Source of the DNA: Pseudomonadota bacterium
Lineage (GTDB): Bacteria; Bdellovibrionota; Bdellovibrionia; Bdellovibrionales; Bdellovibrionaceae
NCBI GenBank assembly: GCA_041178425.1
Contig: JBEGVH010000021.1
Coordinates: forward strand, 32,001 to 96,000
Length of the DNA: 64,000 bases
Reading direction: 5' to 3'
A program made the position numbers and the translations under genes. Below, one piece after another: positions 27,501 to 34,859 of the stretch (position 1 is the first letter of the stretch; each line of letters opens with the position of its first letter). The notes beneath the pieces were generated by a model, which saw only the letters and a program-made list of their open reading frames with translations, was not told the DNA's origin and ran no database searches.

Positions 27501-30358
27501 CCTTTGGAAAGAGCGTTGATCGATGTGTAATCTAAATCAGGACTCAAATCACTGGCGTCAACGGTATATTGAAAATGGAGTGTGTCGGTGCCACTTCCAT
27601 TAAAGTAGGTGGCGTAACGTGTAGGCCCGTTCACATCGAGAGCTACCGTTACTCCACTCCCCGCTACATACACAGGCTCACTAAAAACAACAGAGACATC
27701 GATGGTTGAGCCGGTAGAGTAGGAATCATTCGCTGATGAGCTAGTCACACTCAGAGCAATCGGAGAGCCGGTATCAAGGCGGTAATTGATCGAAGAAATA
27801 GAACAGGGACTCGCTCCAGAGTTGAGATCAAAACTCTTGGCATAGAAGGTACGAGGTCCGTCTCCGGTTAAATTTACCGAAATATCAGCAATTCCTCCAC
27901 CAGAAGAAACCGCATATCCCACATCGGTGTTACATGTTGCATCCGAGTAAACATGGGCTGTGTAGCCCGTCATCACCCCTGTTACTCTCACAACCACCGG
28001 GTTTTTATTGTCGATGGAATTAGTTCCGGGCCCCAAAGACAGCAGTAATACATGATTAACCGCAATCTCTTTATTAGCACCCAGAGATCCAGCGCCACCC
28101 GGACTGGCTAGAGTTGTGTCGGCTGCATTCCCGACTGCATCTTTCAACGTTGCGGAGCCGAGCGAGAGTGCCGCCGTTGATTGATAGTCGACATCGACGG
28201 TGAAGTCACCGCTCACGATGGTGTATTCAAAGTGAAGCGTGTCGGTACCAGATCCCGAAACATATTGAGCTGATCGGATTGAACCATTGAGGTTGAGCGC
28301 TAGAGTAGCGCCGGTTCCCACCAAATTGACTGGCTCTGAAAAACTAACCGAAACATCAATGGTGGATCCGTTACCGTATGCCCCATTAGGAGTAGAGCTC
28401 GCCACATTAGTCACTGTTGGTACCGTAGTATCGAGTTGATAACTCACCGACCCCAACGAACAACTGGTTTCCACCCCAGCGATGGACCTAATTTTTGAAT
28501 AAAAGGTCCAAGAGCCATCAGAGGGAACGTTGAACGATACCGTCGCAAAACCACCACCACTGGAGGTCGCTTCTCCCAAATAATTGGAACAACTATTATC
28601 TGAAAATATTTTAGCAACAAAATTCTTCATCACACCCGTCACCTTGACGGAGAGAGGATTTTTATTATCAATCGCACTAAAGCCCGCTGCCAAAGACAAG
28701 CTCACTGATGCATTAACCAGGATCTCCTTATTGTAGCTAAGAGACCCCATCGCCCCCGGGGTAGGTAAAGAGATTTGAGCGAGATTTCCCGCTAAATCTC
28801 TGATCGTGGCCGAGCCTAATTGCAGGGAATTCGTGGATTCATAGTCTAGGTCGCTCGTAAAATCATTAAACTGTAACAAGTATTGAAAGTGTAAAGTACT
28901 TGTACCCGAACCAGACACGTAAGTGGCTGACTGCGGAGTTCCATTCATATCTAATACCAGTGTCGCTCCCGAACCGACTACATTGACCGTCTCATTAAAG
29001 TTAACAGAAACATCAATGAGTGCGCCCGTCGTGTAGCTTCCGTCGATGGTCGAACTGGTTACACTGCTTACCGTTGGCGCTTGAGTGTCATAGGTATAAC
29101 CCACAGTGGCCGTTGAACAACCCGATGAAAGATTAGCCGTATCAGTCACTTGGGCATAAAAATCAAAGTGTCCATTGGAGCCTAAAGTGACCGGAAGAAC
29201 CACGTGGCCTTCAGTTCCTACCGCGCCTTGCGCAACTTCCGTCGAGCAGGATACGTCTGTATACAAATGCACCGTATCTCCTGGAACAGAAGCGTTCACC
29301 ACCACACTGATGGGGTTTTGAGTGTCGATTGGCAAAAGACCACTACCGAGCGTGAGAGACGTGGGAGTTTTTGGTACGCTGTTATCATAAAAGATTTGGT
29401 CTGTTGAACAGGTCGAGACGTTTCCAACCGCATCTCTGAAATTAATTGAGATGGTTCGCTGACCAACATCGGGGAGTTCCCACGATTTGCTAGTTTGGTA
29501 GGCCTCCCAAACACCTGGGCCCGTGCAATCATCAGTATTGTTTATCTTCATTTCTGATGGCGAACCATTGGCGCTCAGATTTAAGGTTACCGTTGCCGAC
29601 GTTGTTTGAATCGCACCGTTATTTATCGCAAGGCTCCCTCCCGCAGGAGCAGTGCTATCCTGTACGATGGAATCAGAGAAACAAGATGATTCATTATCGG
29701 CAAGATCTTTTAACTTAACGTAAGCCGTATTTGTTGTATCTATCGCAGCCAAGGCAAAGGTGCTTGTTCTGAACTCAGAAAAAGGTCTCCAAACTCCGCC
29801 AGAAGCACAACCAGAAACGTTCGTAATATAGATAAAGTCGGGAGCGACATTCGTTCTGCTACCTAGAACCATGCTACCCAAGACCGAGAGAGACACTTGG
29901 GTAGCTGCTGTTTCCTGCGCACCAGATTCTAGAATCGCCGAAAGAGAGCTCATATCAAAGGAGGGAGCAACAAATTCAATCTTAGTTGGATCGGTTTCTT
30001 TTTCTTCGTTGTCGACAATCTTTAGCATGGCTGAAACGATTGGCCACGAACTCGTACCACTAGATGAAACCGCATGAACCACCGAACAGTTTCCGTTGGC
30101 ATAGTTGAGGCTGGCCGTTTTCACCCAACTTTGCCCATCGTCAAAACTAATCATTAAATCTCGAGAATTAGGCTGACAGGAAACTTCGTATTTGGCTTCG
30201 TGAGTCGTTGAGTTAACACGAATAGATTCCGTGGCCTCCCCATATTGGGAAACCGAAAAGGTAGGATAGCTCAGCTTCAACGAGTCAAGGACCGTTGATG
30301 CCTCGGTGCAACCTACCAATACATAAATGCTGAATAACCCTAAAACCTTTCGCAGCAT
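18596..30358 (-). CDS. giant surface lipoprotein / adhesin: 12 paired Ig-like repeat units, Calx-beta-like domain, C-terminal RCC1 repeats
   Basis: 3920-aa ORF with lipobox LVGC. About 220-aa units contain YxSGSGTxTLxFxY and LPxPGxxGSL motifs. The C-terminus has many CWGxNxxGQLG RCC1 motifs. Confidence 0.9.
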   Translation of the reverse strand: MLRKVLGLFSIYVLVGCTEASTVLDSLKLSYPTFSVSQYGEATESIRVNSTTHEAKYEVSCQPNSRDLMISFDDGQSWVKTASLNYANGNCSVVHAVSSSGTSSWPIVSAMLKIVDNEEKETDPTKIEFVAPSFDMSSLSAILESGAQETAATQVSLSVLGSMVLGSRTNVAPDFIYITNVSGCASGGVWRPFSEFRTSTFALAAIDTTNTAYVKLKDLADNESSCFSDSIVQDSTAPAGGSLAINNGAIQTTSATVTLNLSANGSPSEMKINNTDDCTGPGVWEAYQTSKSWELPDVGQRTISINFRDAVGNVSTCSTDQIFYDNSVPKTPTSLTLGSGLLPIDTQNPISVVVNASVPGDTVHLYTDVSCSTEVAQGAVGTEGHVVLPVTLGSNGHFDFYAQVTDTANLSSGCSTATVGYTYDTQAPTVSSVTSSTIDGSYTTGALIDVSVNFNETVNVVGSGATLVLDMNGTPQSATYVSGSGTSTLHFQYLLQFNDFTSDLDYESTNSLQLGSATIRDLAGNLAQISLPTPGAMGSLSYNKEILVNASVSLSLAAGFSAIDNKNPLSVKVTGVMKNFVAKIFSDNSCSNYLGEATSSGGGFATVSFNVPSDGSWTFYSKIRSIAGVETSCSLGSVSYQLDTTVPTVTNVASSTPNGAYGNGSTIDVSVSFSEPVNLVGTGATLALNLNGSIRSAQYVSGSGTDTLHFEYTIVSGDFTVDVDYQSTAALSLGSATLKDAVGNAADTTLASPGGAGSLGANKEIAVNHVLLLSLGPGTNSIDNKNPVVVRVTGVMTGYTAHVYSDATCNTDVGYAVSSGGGIADISVNLTGDGPRTFYAKSFDLNSGASPCSISSINYRLDTGSPIALSVTSSSANDSYSTGSTIDVSVVFSEPVYVAGSGVTVALDVNGPTRYATYFNGSGTDTLHFQYTVDASDLSPDLDYTSINALSKGSATIRDLAGYDAVIVLPAPAGSGSLRANKDIKVNYFFGLTLAPGFNPVDSKDPVDVKVTGVMSGTTIKLFTDSDCTAKVAEVSASAGGSTVISIPLGSDGARIFYAKTTGSDNIESSCSTESVGYTLDTVAPTITNVTSTTPDGSYLAASRINVAVEFSEPVFVTGSGLTLSLDFNGTNKIASYVSGSGTNTLQFEYITTLTDFTSDLDYSSNAALVLGSAQIADEAGNTGVTTLPLPGAVGSLANNKEIGVNDSVTLSLGSGFNSSDNKNPLTVKVTGVMTGHTAKLYTDSSCSTSSVAQATALSGGLALVPVNLSTEGTHNFYAKIARPSGAESNCFPSTVAYHFDQTGPAVIGVTSANPNGSYSTGSFLNIAVTFNEPVVVAGSGLVLNLNMNGTSRAATYLSGSGTETLYFQYLTVAGDFTNDLDYVSTTALDLGSSTLKDSIGNNANTTLAEPGAAGSLGANKAITVNYNLSIHLNAGFNTTDNKNPLELTVGGVMVGQTAKVYSDNSCTQFVQQAVAAAGGTVSFSVNLSGDGLHQFYAKVLDTQGNSSNCTTSGVSYTLDRQAPTVANVTSSSANGNYTEGSVLNVSVVFSEAVTVAGTGLVLNLNMNGTTKAASYVSGTGTSTLQFQYMIANGDFSSDLDYESTTALVLGSASIKDSAGNDATLTLAAPGAANSLGVNKAISVNHNLGLALANGFNAVDTKSPVNVVVSSVMNGHTAKIYSDNACTVYKAEAVASAGGSVTVSVPLATNGAYTFYAKIFDLQGASSSCSTANVSYQYDTQVPTVTSVTSTTADGNHSTGATIDVSVDFSEAVDVTGTGLTIDLDFNGVTRTAQYISGTGSNRLKFQYTLVSSDLARDLDYVSTSALSLGSATVKDSAGNIGVLTLPAPGTTGSLAFNKALSVNYVIGLSLDAGFNAVDNKNPVGVNVSGVMTGYTALVYTDSACTGSAVAQAVSSGNGSALVTVNLTGDGDRTFYAKVKDLSNVESACSTASVGYRLDTGGPTVANVTSTNADGNFETGDLIDVSVTFTEPVTVVGSGVTLGLNLNGNLRSAIYSSGSGTDTLHFNYFPSVDDFTTELEYSATSAINRRTATIKDAAGYNAILTLPTMGAAGSLGYNKNIKINTNVGITLAPGVNAKDNDNPVNVVVSGVMTGATAKVYTESTCTNKVGEAVSSGNRTATVSVSLTGDGARTFYAQVRDIDNSDTACSTASVNYELDTQRPIVTNVTSALADGSYSTGTLIDVSITFDEVVSVTGTGLALALDFNGGARSASYSSGSGTNTLHFQYITVAADFTNDLDYGSTSALTLGTSSVTDGVGNLAILTLPAPGTLGSLSANKAIASNDTLALSLASGYNSLDDEDPVNVNVYGVMNGYMAKLYTDTACSIEAGSVVAGSGGTATVQVDLTGDGLRTFRARVFNGSNTEIKGCSVSTVDYTLDTGGPSVINITSTKANGYYTTGELIDISVTFGEVVYVTGSDLQLSMNLNGTHQAAPYVSGSGTDTLHFQYTASVGDFSNDLEYSSTTALNLGSGAIRDLFGYDATTTLPVPGAANSLSANKTIAVNFTVGLTLAAGVTATDTKDPVDIVVSGVMTGQQAEVYTEVSCTNLVGTGTSTGLGQATVSADLPGDGAYTLYAKIVGIDGGSTTCSQASVNYTLNTSQPTITNVTSSSTNKNYSAYELIDISVTFSDPVTVTGDSLALNLNLNGTTVAAPYNSGSGTATLRFSYFVRPGDLSNDLDYVDTSAMTLGTSTVKNALGTNANLTLPAPGAANSLGDNKSISVNHVQTLALGSGIAAVDSKTAITVRVNNVMNNWTAKVFTDSNCSTSAGQVTAGSSGYADVSFNLAGDGLRTFYAQVVSPGGTSSACSVNSVTYTLDTADPTITNVTSTTSDGEYNASAVVNVSVTFSEPVTVTGTDLKLKLKLYDDVEAFATYASGSGTSTLHFNYMVESSHMSADLDYFDVNSLIATSTTVRDSLNHNASLTLPTPGGAGSLAANKDIKLNYTVTASKIVPPPAATYYLNDVVEFVVYWNRPVVVTGSPVLSVQFATPATVVDFTYDSARSTSRESRFTYTVAASDLDLNGVELTAITGGAINNVFSAAATTTLPSGYTQFADVRVNGVAKPQVSLSNAVIELTENGGSGNVALSLLASASEALTVGLKAFPLAGILSTEYNFSSLSKAINSGVTSETLGFTVTDDGATSGLKLFSVQARSTTLGGISTSSAVSLVAVHDDEFGAGETVTMVASGTSHICVLLNSGKVMCHGSNSSGQLGNGTTTAVTGAQTAIASGATKIYAAADMTCAVLSDNTAKCWGANNYGQLGIGSTTNTGTPTAVRTSGADPTALANVQELSVSGTGACAIYTYLGDRRLKCWGQNNNGQVGDGTTTDQTSPVAVLGSADPIKAVATSFTHTCASTTVNTKLYCWGSNTYGALGLGGGACTGSCASPQLVTSSVDFAMLAVDNHSTCGLKLTSTNPDRGDVYCWGSNAYGQLGNGTTTNGNAIPGTAVSWGSGSLAKATKIYSSHYANGSFCADLDTPKTVCWGYNDGEFASTGNKTSPVETRFSAKVSKSSTMTCGASATGVVSCVNSPSAMRRALFADERRLVPQESLEDTPSLVSMSGKLNCFTASDSKVRCLTTSTTVTYVGDGTLGQRNNPVQIPSTNVADLATNSKGGCYVDTGGVLRCWGENYIGDGSSANTASATPTFVSADVAKVKSATTTDGTNSYNTACMLKTDGSLWCWGYNNGMFGLGNTTSATKPTKIYDKDVVDFAVSSDFMCAIVGTVIKCAGAGTQGQLGDDNETDSTVAVEAFNPFAGTKPVQISSGDQFACARFDDNSLRCWGKGSEGQLGNSKVLNNTYPKKINNLAIKNFAVGLAHVCAITSSNELKCFGLNSSGQLGTNNTTNANAPSAAILTSVTKVWLGDDSTCAVASGIFKCWGANTGLFSHRPSASTLIPVPGLQY
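21480..29370 (-). repeat. intragenic ~660-bp period repeat (12 diverged copies)
   Basis: The DTxxPTV/IxxVTS motif recurs 12 times in the translation. Boundaries are approximate. Confidence 0.85.
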
Positions 30359-30368
30359 AACTATTTAG

Positions 30369-30420
30369 GTATCGGCTAGATCTTTTGGCTGCTTTAATTC
30401 AAATCATTCAAAAATGAGAC
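30369..30420 (-). promoter_or_regulatory. sigma28(FliA)-like promoter with upstream TGAGAC box
   Basis: Minus strand reads TAAA-N16-GCCGATAC, ending 10 nt before the ATG. Box ATTCAAAAATGAGAC at 30406-30420. Confidence 0.65.
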
Positions 30421-30620
30421 TTCTTGATATTTTGTCAAAATCTTTAACAAAAAAACTGTTTTTCCTGCGGCTCTAACAGCCACCGGGACCCACCAGTCTG
30501 TCTTTTTATGAATCGTCCTTTGTTTCAAAAAAAATCACTGCGCCCGATCTGTTACAGGTCGAAACAAATAGCTCCTATTTTTAGATAAACAAAAAGACTC
30601 CGCCTATAATAGGGCGTGGA

Positions 30621-31913
30621 GTGAAGATGCGAAATCAACTGAGGGAAGGGAAACGCCATTATTGGAGAAGGGTCGCTGTTTTTCTAGTCGTTTTTGGAAC
30701 GACTGGGCTTCTCTTATTTTCATTTCAGAATTTTACAAAAAACTCTACCCAAGAGGGAAAAATCGATAGCCTCAGCTCAGCTCCCACACAAGATATTCAA
30801 TCTTGGTCGCGGGGCTTAGATCCCCTCCTTAATAACGCGCTTTCCGCCATCGACGTCAAATACTCTCCCCTTTTATCGAGTTTAGCCAAATGCCCAGGTC
30901 GTAGTCGCGAACTTAAAATTGAAAGTTTACGGACAAAAATGGATCTCTTGCGTTCGAGCTTTTATACTAATCTACCATTGGCGGGGATTAATGCATCACA
31001 CGCTTTTCTTTCGGAAAGCGCTAAAACTCTAACGCTCCTTTCAAATGAACTCTCAGCGATCCCGCGACCCGAAGTGCACGTGATTGCTATGCACGAGCCC
31101 AGAGAAAAAGGAGCGCACCCCGTGCGCATCTTAGTCACTGGGCATGGGACTGGAGTTTTACTTCTCTCCTCCTACGAAAGCGCTCACTTTGAGGTTGAGG
31201 TCAATCCTGGGGCCACCCTTAAGCGGGTTATCGTCCATGGTTACAAAAACCATAAGATTTCTGGTGTCGATATCTCTATCATTGAAAGACGCGACAACCC
31301 AAACGCTTTCAAGATAAGCGCCTACAACACCGACTACGCAAAGGCCCTTCTGGATTTTTTTATGTCTGAGGAAACTCGCCAAACGGGTACTTGCCTTGAT
31401 TTTACAATGGCAAGTCACCAAGGTGCATATTCGGGCACAACCGCTCCGAACGGAATCTACACAGTGAACTTAGCTCATTCCCCTTCGACCAATGAAATAC
31501 CAATGATGATCTCGCTCACTATTAATGGTGAGTGTCTTACTCAGGATTCTATTCGCGGAGGGGGCCAATACCCAGATCAGTCGCGAGAATCATGCATCAG
31601 TAAGTGTAAGGATTTTTTTAATAGCGCATCCGCCTTAGCTAAAGTGTATGACTGTCGCTTTTTAGCTTCAAATAAGGACGAGGTTGTTCTCTCTGGACGA
31701 GCGCCTCTTGCCCAGTCAAGCACCAACGGACAATGTGTGACTCAAGACTCAATTCGTGGCGGAAAAAGATTTTCAATAAAAAATCGCAAAGCATGTATCA
31801 GTGAATGTAAAGAGTTTCTCTCAGAAGCTTCCCCAATTGCTCGCGTATACGATTGCAGAATGGTCTCTGCGGGCAAAGAAGAAATTGTTTTGCCCGGCCG
31901 AACCGCTCTCTAA
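30621..31913 (+). CDS. hypothetical exported protein with two C-terminal 67-aa Cys-containing repeats
   Basis: N-terminal TM ending FSFQNF. The repeat GxCxTQDSIRGG...CISxCK...VYDCR occurs twice. Confidence 0.75.
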   Translation: MKMRNQLREGKRHYWRRVAVFLVVFGTTGLLLFSFQNFTKNSTQEGKIDSLSSAPTQDIQSWSRGLDPLLNNALSAIDVKYSPLLSSLAKCPGRSRELKIESLRTKMDLLRSSFYTNLPLAGINASHAFLSESAKTLTLLSNELSAIPRPEVHVIAMHEPREKGAHPVRILVTGHGTGVLLLSSYESAHFEVEVNPGATLKRVIVHGYKNHKISGVDISIIERRDNPNAFKISAYNTDYAKALLDFFMSEETRQTGTCLDFTMASHQGAYSGTTAPNGIYTVNLAHSPSTNEIPMMISLTINGECLTQDSIRGGGQYPDQSRESCISKCKDFFNSASALAKVYDCRFLASNKDEVVLSGRAPLAQSSTNGQCVTQDSIRGGKRFSIKNRKACISECKEFLSEASPIARVYDCRMVSAGKEEIVLPGRTAL

Positions 31914-31914
31914 A

Positions 31915-32397
31915 TTAATCTTGAGTGGGATCTTTTTCTCTCATACCTGCAATATCCGGCACACCCAGTAATTGATTGATCTTGCCCGCTACTTCATGGA
32001 GCAAGTCGCTCTTTCTAAACCTCAATGGCTCGATGAGCTCACCTTTTTTTCTGGCTTCTTGAAACTTATCTAAATAAGCCAATAAAGAAACCAGCGGTCC
32101 CACGATTTTATGGGAATACCATATATAAAAAGCAGCGCCCAAAATACCAAACACGCAAAGTGAAATAACTATTTGGTTCAGGACTCTCTCAAAACCCGCG
32201 AGAATCCTCTGGTAATAAACTCCGTCTTTGGAAATTCCCCCTTCCATCGCAAAATTTAACAATTCGTTAAAGAAGTTTTGAAGAAACCAAAGACATAAGC
32301 CAAATAAACTAAACATGCATAGCAGGTGAACACCTACAAAAATCCACTGAATCGGGGGACTATTAACGAACTTTAATCGCATCTTCATTGAATTCAC
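31915..32397 (-). CDS. small membrane protein with HAMP-like segment
   Basis: Two TM helices, then SHKIVGPL...LRFRKSDLLHEVAGKIN. Abuts the upstream barrel gene. Confidence 0.6.
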   Translation of the reverse strand: MNSMKMRLKFVNSPPIQWIFVGVHLLCMFSLFGLCLWFLQNFFNELLNFAMEGGISKDGVYYQRILAGFERVLNQIVISLCVFGILGAAFYIWYSHKIVGPLVSLLAYLDKFQEARKKGELIEPLRFRKSDLLHEVAGKINQLLGVPDIAGMREKDPTQD

Positions 32398-33387
32398 CTA
32401 TATGCCTGCAACAAGGGAAACACCAACTGAAAAGGGATTCACTTCGTTAATGCCGCCCTTCTTCTGATCACTGGTGGGTTTTATGTTCGCTACACTAAGA
32501 TCACCTCTCACCTGAACCTCCGTTGCAAGTCGATAAGAAGCTCCAGCACCTATATTGAGCGCACTTTCAAGTTGAGCACCACCAATGACAGGCTCTTTGA
32601 GAAGCTCAAAGCGACCTACGAGTGACATAATATCATTCATCGGCATAGTACCAAAGACACCCGCCGCGACCGTCGCCTTTTCAAAACCTGAGGTTTTTTT
32701 GTAATCTAAGCAGGCCTCCATAGTAACACTGCCCAATTGCATTCCACCGGTGATATCAATCAAAAGATTCGTACGATTATTGCCAGTTCCAGAATCACTC
32801 AGCAGAATTCCTGCGCCACCCTTCACGTCGTAGTTGGCGTAATGGGCATGGACTCCAAACTCAGGCGTATCATCGTTATCCATCGCGCCCTTGCCGGGAG
32901 GGTTTCCGAGCAAACCACGAAACACCAGTTTTTGACGAGACATTGTCACCATGGCGCCGGCATGAACTAATGGATGCACATAGGCCTTGATAGCGCCCAT
33001 ATTGGCGAACAGGCGATCTCTTGAATCATTCGCTTCGACACCAAAAATAGTATCAAACTGACCCACCTTGGTAACTACGTTGGATCGCGTGATCTGAATG
33101 TAAGCTTGAGAGCGAGTGGTTGAAAAATCAAAGGCTGGCGTTTGAGAACTATTAAAGGCAAGATCAACAAGCGCTGAGTTTCCATCGCCAAAATCTTTAG
33201 CTAAACCGAAAGAGGCATCGTTAATTGTAAACCCCTTATCGCCAACCAAATTCACCCAGTCTTTGTTCCCATAACGAGTTTCAATATCTACAAAACTTTT
33301 AGAGCGATTTAAATTTCTGCCTTGAGACATCGCTCCGAACGAAAACATAACCACTGAAAAAAAGGCCACAATAAAACCCAAACGCAT
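32398..33387 (-). CDS. outer-membrane beta-barrel (putative porin)
   Basis: Signal peptide, QAYI, KVGQFDTIFGVE, GRFE and alternating hydrophobic strands. ORF track start is 33405. Confidence 0.7.
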   Translation of the reverse strand: MRLGFIVAFFSVVMFSFGAMSQGRNLNRSKSFVDIETRYGNKDWVNLVGDKGFTINDASFGLAKDFGDGNSALVDLAFNSSQTPAFDFSTTRSQAYIQITRSNVVTKVGQFDTIFGVEANDSRDRLFANMGAIKAYVHPLVHAGAMVTMSRQKLVFRGLLGNPPGKGAMDNDDTPEFGVHAHYANYDVKGGAGILLSDSGTGNNRTNLLIDITGGMQLGSVTMEACLDYKKTSGFEKATVAAGVFGTMPMNDIMSLVGRFELLKEPVIGGAQLESALNIGAGASYRLATEVQVRGDLSVANIKPTSDQKKGGINEVNPFSVGVSLVAGI

Positions 33388-33554
33388 TTTACCCCCAAAA
33401 ATCAAACTCAGCCTGCATTATTTGGAGAGGTCGGATGGTTTGTCACCAAAAATAAGCAGTAAAAACTCCTCAAAAAAAGAGAAACTTTTTTTAGTTAACT
33501 CTTCGCTTTTTTTTCAAAAGTCAGTAACCTCTTAGTCAGGGAGTTCCAGGGGCG

Positions 33555-34859
33555 ATGAAGCAAACGATCGATAAACTTTTGAAAATAAAAAAAGACGAAA
33601 GAACTGCGGTCTTTTTTTCCTTTTTATACTTTTTCTCGGTTCTCGCCTCTTACTACGTTCTACGCCCACTGAGGGATGAAATGTCGATGCAGATGGGCTC
33701 TGCGCATCTGCAAAATAACTTTTTTACTGTGTTTATAACAATGCTTGCCCTGGTACCACTCTTTGGATGGCTCACAAAAAAATATGCCCGAGCTTTTATT
33801 CTGCCAAGAATTTACACCTTTTGCCTTGCGGTGTTGCTGATCTTTTACTTTCTTTTTGAACAAGGGGGCCAGCAAATCACCTGGTTGGCTCGTTCTTTTT
33901 TTGTCTGGGTTAGTGTTTATAACCTTTTTGCCGTCTCCGTTTTTTGGAGTTACATGGCCGACATCTTTACTACGGAGCAGTCAAGCCGCCTCAACGGATT
34001 GATCAGTGCGGGTGGAACTCTTGGCGCCCTGACAGGGCCCTTAGTGACCACCCTCTTTATAGAATCTGTAGGCATAAAGAATCTTCTCCTGGTCTCCGGA
34101 GCTTTTCTTGCGGTTGCTATTTTTTGCCTACAAAAGCTCCGCCATCAGAGCGGAAGTCGGGTGGCTGCTCAAGTCGATATCATCGAACACGAGTCGGGGT
34201 TTCGAGGCTCGATTTTCTCTGGGCTGATAGATATTTTTCAATCTCATTATCTGTTGGGAATATGTATTTTCTTGTTTACCTACGCCACGCTTTCAACATT
34301 TTTATATGGAATTTCTACTGATCTAATTCCAAAACTTGTAACCGATCCCTTGCAACGAACAAAGCTTTTAGCGCAAATTGATCTTGCGGTGAATCTTGTT
34401 GCCCTCGTGGGCCAATTTTTTGTTTTTGGAACCCTGGTTAAAAAATTTAGTCGAGGCGTAGCCCTCGTTCTGCTACCCTTTCTCTCGGTTGTGGGATTCG
34501 CCCTCTTCGGATTGACTGAAAACCTGTGGGCCCTTATGGGATTTGCCGTTCTTCGACGTGCGGGTGAGTATTCGATTTCTAAACCCACACGAGAAACCTT
34601 GTTTAATGTACTGCCACCCACCCAAAAATACAGAGCCAAAAACGTGATTGATACGCTCGTGCATAGAACGGGTGATGTTCTCTCAGTGAGTGTCTTTGCG
34701 GTATTGCAAAAACTTGGCCTCACAATGCAAAGCTTTTCGATTTTATCGATTGGCCTATCGATTCTTTGGGCCTTGAATTCTCTGTGGCTGGCAAAAAAGG
34801 CAGACACTCTTCTTCGAGAGGCCCGCGCCCACAAGCACGAACCAGGAGTGCACACTTAA
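33555..34859 (+). CDS. MFS-fold transporter related to ATP:ADP antiporter (AAA/NTT) family
   Basis: YYVLRPLRDEM, FWSYMADIF, RRAGEYSISKPTRETLF, KYRAKNVIDT and about 12 TM segments. Confidence 0.75.
   Translation: MKQTIDKLLKIKKDERTAVFFSFLYFFSVLASYYVLRPLRDEMSMQMGSAHLQNNFFTVFITMLALVPLFGWLTKKYARAFILPRIYTFCLAVLLIFYFLFEQGGQQITWLARSFFVWVSVYNLFAVSVFWSYMADIFTTEQSSRLNGLISAGGTLGALTGPLVTTLFIESVGIKNLLLVSGAFLAVAIFCLQKLRHQSGSRVAAQVDIIEHESGFRGSIFSGLIDIFQSHYLLGICIFLFTYATLSTFLYGISTDLIPKLVTDPLQRTKLLAQIDLAVNLVALVGQFFVFGTLVKKFSRGVALVLLPFLSVVGFALFGLTENLWALMGFAVLRRAGEYSISKPTRETLFNVLPPTQKYRAKNVIDTLVHRTGDVLSVSVFAVLQKLGLTMQSFSILSIGLSILWALNSLWLAKKADTLLREARAHKHEPGVHT

Noticed and set aside
18596..30358. Giant gene as a target of a diversity-generating retroelement or phase-variable cassette
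   Set aside because: I saw no reverse transcriptase, recombinase or near-identical template repeat in the window.
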